DNA of 64,000 bases from Pseudomonadota bacterium (GTDB lineage Bacteria; Pseudomonadota; Alphaproteobacteria; Caulobacterales; Aquidulcibacteraceae), in assembly GCA_041160865.1 (NCBI GenBank), contig JBEAVQ010000003.1:5762-69761 (forward strand). The letters run 5' to 3'. The notes beneath the pieces were generated by a model that did not search any database, was not told the DNA's origin, and saw only the letters and a list, made by a program, of their open reading frames with translations. Each line of letters starts with the position of its first letter. Within the stretch, counting starts at the first letter, position 1. Made by a program: the position numbers and the translations under genes. Of the stretch, positions 57,605 through 64,000 are shown piece by piece.

Positions 57605-58371
57605 ATAACTCCTGCGGCGAGCCTATGGGCTCCGACGGAACCTCAATCTTAGTGGGTCGCACCACCCGTGCCAAGGCCACACAATCGACCCGCACAGCCG
57701 CGGCGCGCAATAAGGCTGCCGTGCAGTCCTGAAGCGTTACCCCAGTCGTCATCGCATCATCAACAAGAACAAAGGGCCGTCCTTTCACGGGCTGAGAAAC
57801 GTGAAATGTCCCAGTGACATTGCGTTTCCGCCCGCTGGCGGAGAGGCCATTTTGACTGGGCTTCGCGCGTTTGCGCTGCAAGAGTAGCGGATTGTAAGGG
57901 TGATCAACCCTCGTGGCTAAGGCAGCTGCCAGCCAGCTTGATTATAGCCACGCTGCCACCAGCGCGACCAATGCAAAGGCACTGATAGGATTTGATCGAC
58001 TTCAGCCACAAATGGGGCAGCCTCCAACATCCAAGCGGAAAATGCCCGCAACCATCCTTACGCCCCCCGTGCTTGAGGTTTAGGACCAATGGCTTGGATA
58101 AATCATCATACGCTAGGACCGCACGAGCCCGTTTGTAAAGTGGCAGCTGAGCTAAACAGACTGGGCGTAAAATATCTGGGCTTGTTGCTTCGGCAATCGG
58201 GAATTCGCAACACATACATCCAGGCACGTAGAGAACATCCAGCGCGCGCCAAAGGTCTGCTTCTAGGGTGCCCAAGCAGTCTACATGCGCATCTGATAGC
58301 AGCGAGCGAGGTGGCCAAATCAAATCAGCAAGTGTAGTTTCGAAGTGGTAAGGCATTTGAGATCGCGGCAT
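57594..58371 (-). pseudogene. comF: ComF competence protein pseudogene
   Basis: DLIWPPRS, LKHG, VPLHWSR...RGYNQA, LVDDAMTTGVT spread over three frames; frameshifts near 58051 and 57933. Confidence 0.88.
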
Positions 58372-58422
58372 CAGATCTCTACCTGTGGTTCTTTTCTCGG
58401 AAATAGCGCATAATCCCTCATC

Positions 58423-59346
58423 ATGGAAAGCCCTAATACAACGATGCTGTTTGATCGGAAGCTTCTGGCGTTCCGGCGAAACCGAGCCGCTAAAGGGTTT
58501 CGCGCGGTTTCATTCTTAAAGGATCGCGCGGTCGACGACGTTTGTGAGCGGCTGGACTTTATCAATCGCCGGTTTGAACTGGCCCTCGACATCGGTTCCC
58601 AAGGCGGGTTTTTGGCAGCGGCAATCGCCCGCCACGGCAACTTGCTCGACAAAATTGGGTCTTTAGCGGAATGCGATCTAAGCCCCGTTATGCTGGCCCA
58701 AAGTGGCGGAAGAGGCTTCGTAGCCGACGAAGACCACATGCCCCTAGCGCCACTCAGCTTAGACCTAATTGTTTCAACGCTCGGCCTGCATTGGGTGAAT
58801 GATGTGCCTGGCTTCTTGGCGCAAGCCCGCCTTGCTCTTCGCCCGGATGGCTTGTTGTTATTGATCTTTTTGGGTGGGCGCACCCTGCAAGAGTTACGTG
58901 CCTGTTTAGCGCAGGCAGAAACTGAAGCCTTTGGCGAAGCCTTCGCGCGCGTTTCACCCTTCGCCGATGCCCAAGATGGCGCTCAGCTGCTGCAACGGGC
59001 CGGCTTTGCCCTGCCTGTTGCCGATAGTGATGTCGTGACGGTGCGCTACGCCAACCTATTCGGCCTCTTGCGGGACTTGAAAGCAATGGGCGAGACGGCA
59101 GTTTTTCACCAAAAAGCACCGCGTAAGCTGACCCGTGGTATCATCGCGCGCGCCGCTGACCTCTATCAAGCCAAGCATTGCGATGGGGATGGAAAAGTGC
59201 GCGCCACGTTTGAGTTGATTACGTTGACGGGCTGGGCCCCACATGAAAGTCAGCAAAAGCCCCTACCACGCGGAAGTGCAAAAATGCGGCTTGCTGATGC
59301 TTTAGGAACCCGGGAAATATCAACTGGCGAAAAGCCAAGCGGCTAA
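58423..59346 (+). CDS. SAM-dependent methyltransferase, BioC-like/NDUFAF5 family
   Basis: LFDRK, LDIGSQGG, LHWVNDVPG, LRPDGLL, RVSPFAD, RATFELITLTGWAPHESQQKPL. Confidence 0.88.
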   Translation: MESPNTTMLFDRKLLAFRRNRAAKGFRAVSFLKDRAVDDVCERLDFINRRFELALDIGSQGGFLAAAIARHGNLLDKIGSLAECDLSPVMLAQSGGRGFVADEDHMPLAPLSLDLIVSTLGLHWVNDVPGFLAQARLALRPDGLLLLIFLGGRTLQELRACLAQAETEAFGEAFARVSPFADAQDGAQLLQRAGFALPVADSDVVTVRYANLFGLLRDLKAMGETAVFHQKAPRKLTRGIIARAADLYQAKHCDGDGKVRATFELITLTGWAPHESQQKPLPRGSAKMRLADALGTREISTGEKPSG

Positions 59347-59352
59347 AACCGT

Positions 59353-59529
59353 TTAGCGGCTGGCAGCGATAGCCGCAACAATCTTATTGGTAATCTGGTC
59401 ATACATGCCGTTGGTGTTACCGCCGACCAATTGCATGGCAGGAATCATCACGATCACCATAAGGGCTGCAATCAGGCCATATTCAATGGAGGTGGCACCG
59501 CGCTCATTTTTTAGCTTTTTGAAAATCAC
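59353..59529 (-). CDS. Flp-family type IVb (Tad) pilin, 58 aa
   Basis: Manual translation MIFKKLKNERG/ATSIEYGLIAALMVIVMIPAMQLVGG...; G/ATSIEY Flp motif; GTG overlaps mutT TGA (GTGA); too short for the ORF track. Confidence 0.88.
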   Translation of the reverse strand: MIFKKLKNERGATSIEYGLIAALMVIVMIPAMQLVGGNTNGMYDQITNKIVAAIAASR

Positions 59530-59942
59530 GACAAGCGCCTCTGTTCTAGATGCTCACGCAGAATTGAAACCAGCGGGATGTCAGCTTCTGGCATGGGATA
59601 GCTGTCTAAATCCTGAGGTTGGACCCATGCTAAATGCTGCCCTTCTTGGCCTTTCGGCTCTCCCCGCCAACGCTGCGCTGTCCATAGCGGCATCAGCAAA
59701 TGGAAATCGGGATAGGGATGAGATGCGAAAGTCAGCGGCCTAAGGTCCTTAGGCTCGACGTCCAAGCCCAGCTCTTCCGCCAATTCACGACACAAAGCGG
59801 CTTCTGGATATTCGCCAGATTCAATCTTGCCGCCTGGAAACTCCCAGAGCCCAGCAAGACTTTTCCCCTGTGGTCGTTGTGCTAACAACACGGCACCGTC
59901 CCCGTTAATCAAAGCCGCTGCCGCTACTAATAAAAGTCGCAT
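59526..59942 (-). CDS. mutT: 8-oxo-dGTP diphosphatase MutT family
   Basis: VLLAQRPQGK, WEFPGGKIESGE...ALCRELAEELG, FHLLMPLW, MPEADIPL. Confidence 0.9.
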   Translation of the reverse strand: MRLLLVAAAALINGDGAVLLAQRPQGKSLAGLWEFPGGKIESGEYPEAALCRELAEELGLDVEPKDLRPLTFASHPYPDFHLLMPLWTAQRWRGEPKGQEGQHLAWVQPQDLDSYPMPEADIPLVSILREHLEQRRLS

Positions 59943-60016
59943 TAGGCCCTATCCAGTCCCTACATAAGCCATAAATATTAAATATTCCCAATTCTTAGTC
60001 GCTAAATCCAATCCAA

Positions 60017-61249
60017 TTAGGATCGGTAGTCACCATTTATACTGATATACCCATGGGTTAGATCGCACGTCCAGACTTTTGCCTGGCCGCTCCCCAGACC
60101 TACGTCCACTAGAATATCAATTAATTGACCGCGCATATGCGCATCAACTTGGTTAACATCATAGGCAACGGCACCGCCTGCTTTGGCTGTCCATTGCCCG
60201 CCAAAGCGAACCGCAAGGTGGTCGATAGCAATGGATTCGCCCGCTTTGCCAACGGCCATAACAACCCGTCCCCAATTGGCATCCTCACCAGCAATTGCAG
60301 TTTTCACCAAGGGCGAGTTGGCGATCGCAAATCCGATTTGGCGAGCTGAGCGGTCATTAACCGCACCCTGCACCTCGATCTGGATCAGCTTTTGGGCACC
60401 TTCCCCATCGCGAACCACTTGCATGGCCAAATCATGGAAAATACCTCGCAAGGCTTCAGACACCAAAGCAGCGCGCGGGTCGCCTTGATCTTTTATCGGT
60501 GCCGCACCGCTGGCGCCCGTCGCAAAGACCAGCAGCGTATCAGACGTGGAGGTATCGCTATCGACCGAGATGGAATTGAAGGTTGTCTCAACATGGGCCG
60601 AGACCATGGCCTGCAATACGTCCGGTGCGATTGCGGCATCGGTGAAAACGAAAACCAGCATGGTCGCCATATTGGGCGCAATCATGCCCGAGCCTTTGGC
60701 CAGCCCAACGATATTCACCGCTGTTCCGTCAAGTACCAGCGTTGTCCCCACCCCTTTCGGAAAGGTATCGGTCGTAGAAAATGCCCGGGCGAGGCTTTCC
60801 CAATCGGGCGCGGCCAAGGCCTCAAACGCATTTGGCAAAGCATCGGCGACTGTTCTAGGTGGCAAAGGTGCCCCTATTACCCCTGTCGCCGCAAGAAAAA
60901 TCTCATGGTCGATCGCGCCGGTTAGACGGCAGGCCTCAGCAATTGTCGCGGCATTTTTGGCAAGCCCTGCCGGGCCTGTAAACGCGTTTGAGTTTCCAGC
61001 ATTGACTACTAAAGCGCGCGCGCGCCCGTTTTTGACTTTGGTCGCGCACCATTCGACATCGGCTGACCGTGTCGCGCTAAGCGTGAAAGCACCCGCCACG
61101 CTGGCACCCTCTGGAAATACCACCGTCATGAGGTCATTGCGTGTGCCGCCGTAGAGCCCGATACGGCTCGCAGATGCCTGCATGCCCGCGACAAGTGGCA
61201 AGGTCGGAAAAGCAGCGGGGGCGAGAGGGGAAACAGGGAGATTTTTCAT
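60017..61249 (-). CDS. argJ: Bifunctional ornithine acetyltransferase / N-acetylglutamate synthase
   Basis: VNAGNSNAFTG, AKGSGMIAPNMATML, DSDTSTSD, VVRDGEGA, NSPLVKTA, INGDYRS. Confidence 0.97.
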   Translation of the reverse strand: MKNLPVSPLAPAAFPTLPLVAGMQASASRIGLYGGTRNDLMTVVFPEGASVAGAFTLSATRSADVEWCATKVKNGRARALVVNAGNSNAFTGPAGLAKNAATIAEACRLTGAIDHEIFLAATGVIGAPLPPRTVADALPNAFEALAAPDWESLARAFSTTDTFPKGVGTTLVLDGTAVNIVGLAKGSGMIAPNMATMLVFVFTDAAIAPDVLQAMVSAHVETTFNSISVDSDTSTSDTLLVFATGASGAAPIKDQGDPRAALVSEALRGIFHDLAMQVVRDGEGAQKLIQIEVQGAVNDRSARQIGFAIANSPLVKTAIAGEDANWGRVVMAVGKAGESIAIDHLAVRFGGQWTAKAGGAVAYDVNQVDAHMRGQLIDILVDVGLGSGQAKVWTCDLTHGYISINGDYRS

Positions 61250-61333
61250 GAAGATCGCTCTAACCGCAGCGCCCTCTCAAGTCGACACGTTTTCGCGTTT
61301 GACCTGATGGTAGATTCAGGGCGAGAAGGCGAC

Positions 61334-62320
61334 ATGCGACACGAAAAATCTGCCCGACTTGTTGAACTGGCGCGCCATCTGGCCGCAACCACCTATGGCC
61401 TGACTTTGGATGAGATGGCCGAGAAGCTGGATGTTAAGCGCCGCACTATTGAGCGTATGCGCGATCAATTGGTGATGATGTATCCCGATTTGGAAGAAAT
61501 CTCTGACCCTCCAACCAAAAGATGGCGCCTGCCAAAAGGGTTGGACAGCTTTACCTTGGCACCCACCAGCGAGGAAATGGCGGCGCTAAGTACCGGCCAA
61601 AAGCAACTCGAGCGCAGTAATCCCCAAGCAGCAGGCGCGTTGGCCAGCCTGGAGACCAAGATGCTGTCGGCTCTGAAGTCGAATGTAAAGCGCCGCTTGG
61701 CCACTGATATTGAAGCCTTGATGCAAGCGGAAGCCATTGCCGTACAGCCGGGTCCACGGGCTAGTGTCGATAAGGATGTGCTGCAGGTCCTGCGCGATGC
61801 GCTTTTGGCCCTCAAGCAAGTGCGGGTGCATTATAGCGGCGGGTCAGGTGGCCCACGCCAGCGCGACCTGATCCCTTATGGCATTTTGTTTGGTGGCGAG
61901 GCCTATCTGATTGCGCGCGAGGCCCATATGGAGGAGACGACCGCCCCACGTATGTGGCGGATTGACCGCATCAGCCGACCTCTCATGCTTGATCTACCTG
62001 GCGGCGCGCCGGACGGTTTTGAATTACAAGCCTATTCAGAGCGGTCCTTTGGCGTATATCAGGAAGACACAGTCGATGTATGCCTGCGTGTTTTCCCCGA
62101 TTTTGCTGATGAAGCCAGCCGTTGGGTCTTTCACCCACAACAGAGCCTAGAACGGTTAGAAGATGGGGCTTTGTTGGTGCGTCTGCATGGCGGAGGCTTA
62201 AACGAATTAGCGTGGAGCCTGTTCCGCTGGGGTGGTAAATTGGAAATCTTGGCACCACCAGCGTTAAAGCGAGCCATGGCAAATGCGCTAGAGCTTGCGA
62301 CCACAATGATTAAGCCTTGA
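61334..62320 (+). CDS. driD: HTH-WYL-WCX transcription activator, DriD orthologue
   Basis: MRHEKSARL...GLTLDEMA...RRTIERMRD...DPPTKRWR, EALMQAEAIAVQPGPR, WRIDRI, SFGVY, GGLNELAWSLFRWG closely follow the recalled Caulobacter DriD sequence. Confidence 0.8.
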   Translation: MRHEKSARLVELARHLAATTYGLTLDEMAEKLDVKRRTIERMRDQLVMMYPDLEEISDPPTKRWRLPKGLDSFTLAPTSEEMAALSTGQKQLERSNPQAAGALASLETKMLSALKSNVKRRLATDIEALMQAEAIAVQPGPRASVDKDVLQVLRDALLALKQVRVHYSGGSGGPRQRDLIPYGILFGGEAYLIAREAHMEETTAPRMWRIDRISRPLMLDLPGGAPDGFELQAYSERSFGVYQEDTVDVCLRVFPDFADEASRWVFHPQQSLERLEDGALLVRLHGGGLNELAWSLFRWGGKLEILAPPALKRAMANALELATTMIKP

Positions 62321-62387
62321 TTGGACGCACGCCGCCTCACTGTTTGTTGCATTTCCTTGGCCGATCAAAACACATTAAAGAGCGACC

Positions 62388-62963
62388 ATGACAACGCCCT
62401 CCAATGCCTCCAAACTGCCTGCTGCAGCACCTGCGCCTCTCTGGGGTGTGTTGCTGATCGTGGTCGTGCTTGGTTTAGATCAAGCCACTAAGTACTGGGT
62501 CTTAAACCATCTCAACCTTTTGACCGTCGGAAAGATAGAGATTTCTTCCATTTTCGATCTGACGATGGTGTGGAATTATGGCGTGAGCTTTGGGGCCCTC
62601 AAGGCGCATGCCGACTGGCAGCGCTGGGGTTTGGTGGCGATGTCTGGCGCGATCGCAACCGTTTTTGCGGTTTGGCTGTTCAGGGCCCAACGCCGCCAGA
62701 CTTTTATCGCCTTGGCATTGGTGATCGGTGGGGCGATTGGCAATCTGATTGACCGCGTTCGATTCGGCGCTGTCGCAGACTTCTTGGATTTTTCGGGCTT
62801 CTTTTTTCCTTGGGTGTTTAATGTTGCCGATGCTGCCATTACGGTCGGCGCGATTTTGCTCGCCATCGACATGCTGATAAACCCTGAAGACACGCCACAA
62901 TCGAAACAAAATTCTGGCTCAAAAAATGATTCAAAGCGTGAGTCTGGGCCACCAGCGGCGTGA
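62388..62963 (+). CDS. lspA: Signal peptidase II
   Basis: LDQATK, WNYGVSFG, GGAIGNLIDRVRFGAVADFL, FNVADAAI. Confidence 0.96.
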   Translation: MTTPSNASKLPAAAPAPLWGVLLIVVVLGLDQATKYWVLNHLNLLTVGKIEISSIFDLTMVWNYGVSFGALKAHADWQRWGLVAMSGAIATVFAVWLFRAQRRQTFIALALVIGGAIGNLIDRVRFGAVADFLDFSGFFFPWVFNVADAAITVGAILLAIDMLINPEDTPQSKQNSGSKNDSKRESGPPAA

Positions 62964-63127
62964 ACATCTGGACCTCCGGGCGGCCTTGCGTCTAAGAAGG
63001 TGTGGTACGAACGATTTTAAGGGTCGAAAAGTCGGCGCGTTGAGGTCCCACATGGGCAAAATTCTCAATTGCTGCGCCAGAACTCGGCCCTTGAATGACA
63101 AGTTTTGAGAGACATGGAGCGAGTGCT

Positions 63128-63682
63128 GTGAAAAAATCTTATTCTGACCTGTTGGCAGTTACTGGTTTGGCCGTCATCGCTTTGGGCGGATGCACCAGCG
63201 TACGCCAAGCTTTGGGCAGCGAGAAAACAGCGCCTGACGAGTTCCGCGTTGTCTCAAAGGCTCCTTTGGTTGTGCCACCTGAGTTCAATCTCCGTCCACC
63301 TCGCCCAGGCGAAGCCCGTCCGATGGAATTGCGGGCCGATCTTCAAGCTCGCAGCGCTGTCTTCGGCGTTCAGATGGGCGCAACCGCATCCGATGGCGAA
63401 CGTCTGTTGGTTGAGAGAGCCGGTGGCACCAATGCTGATCCTCGGATCCGGGCGGTGATTGATGAAGAAACCGGCGGCGTGGCCCGCAAGCCGACCAATC
63501 TGTCGGACCGGATTATGGGTTTCGTCTCGCCCACCCCAAGCCAGCCTGCTGACCCCTTGCTGGCCGAGGCGGAAGCCGAGCGTTTGCGCCTTGAAAAAGC
63601 AGCGATCCGCAATGCTACGGGCGGCCAGCCAGTCAGCATTCAGCAGAACAAGCCCCGCGGGTTCAAACTGCCTGGCATGTAG
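63128..63682 (+). CDS. DUF3035-like lipoprotein
   Basis: GTG start, lipobox LGGC, APDEFRVVSKAPLVVPPEFNLRPPRPG. Confidence 0.8.
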   Translation: MKKSYSDLLAVTGLAVIALGGCTSVRQALGSEKTAPDEFRVVSKAPLVVPPEFNLRPPRPGEARPMELRADLQARSAVFGVQMGATASDGERLLVERAGGTNADPRIRAVIDEETGGVARKPTNLSDRIMGFVSPTPSQPADPLLAEAEAERLRLEKAAIRNATGGQPVSIQQNKPRGFKLPGM

Positions 63683-63760
63683 GCCTAGCCAGCTGGCCGA
63701 AACCGCTTCTGAATGCAGGATCGGCTGTTCGACTCAGGCCAGAAGGCGCATGGTCGCCCC

Positions 63761-64000
63761 ATGACCATTGCCCGTCTTCCGCCAGATGCCATAAATCAGA
63801 TCGCTGCTGGCGAAGTGATTGAGCGCCCGGCTGCGGCCGTCAAGGAATTGGTGGAAAATGCGCTGGATGCTAAGGCAACTTCCATCCGTATCTTGGCCGA
63901 AGACGGCGGGATCAGTCGCTTGCTGGTTGAAGACGACGGCGGCGGCATCCCTCGCGATCAATTAAGCCTCGCGGTTGAGCGCCACGCGACCTCCAAACTG
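63761..64000 (+). CDS. mutL: DNA mismatch repair endonuclease MutL, partial (runs off right edge)
   Basis: Manual translation [37 protein letters not shown]...EDDGGGI...RHATSK. Confidence 0.95.
   Translation, partial: MTIARLPPDAINQIAAGEVIERPAAAVKELVENALDAKATSIRILAEDGGISRLLVEDDGGGIPRDQLSLAVERHATSKL

Noticed and set aside
61283-61297. CGAC-ACGTTTT-CGCG upstream of driD as an autoregulatory DriD site
   Set aside because: Right half-site has two mismatches to GTCG; not distinguishable from chance in GC-rich DNA
1-64000. rRNA, tRNA, CRISPR arrays, transposases, integrases, prophage genes
   Set aside because: None recognised by eye; tRNAscan-SE, Infernal and ISEScan runs would be needed to exclude them formally

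Overview
A roughly 56% GC (visual estimate) alphaproteobacterial chromosome segment with Caulobacterales hallmarks: CtrA boxes, sigma54/ftr flagellar promoters, fliX, and a DriD-like WYL regulator. A freshwater or phycosphere lineage such as Aquidulcibacter/Ca. Phycosocius is my inference only. Left to right: ccr and a TauD-family dioxygenase, a periplasmic serine hydrolase, a GT-C-like membrane protein, rsuA and an RsmC-like methyltransferase; a 16 kb flagellar cluster (fliE-flgC-flgB / fliO-fliP / giant TPR protein-motE-pflI-fliM-fliL / flgFGAH / dksA-fliX / flgI-flgJ-flbY); cytochrome bc1 (petABC), trmL, hemF, an orphan outer-membrane protein, gshA, alternative oxidase, rsmE, ppk2; an AT-rich islet; nnrD-folB-SDR; a decayed hybrid histidine kinase; ilvE, petP-petR-sensor kinase, proC, ubiK, lgt, pgeF, prs, icd, trmJ, rluB; a comF pseudogene, a 58-aa Flp pilin missed by the ORF track, mutT, argJ, driD, lspA and the start of mutL. 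No rRNA, tRNA, CRISPR array or transposase was seen. Best leads: (1) near-identical RegA/PrrA/SpdR-type boxes upstream of both the bc1 operon and the alternative oxidase gene, (2) an orphan membrane-protein gene split exactly at a CGA-AAG hexamer, a known -1 frameshift site, (3) an apparently leaderless orphan beta-barrel gene, (4) a PhaR-type box in the ccr promoter, (5) the flagellar TPR/MotE/PflI module. All family assignments come from motif recognition by eye; no database searches were run.
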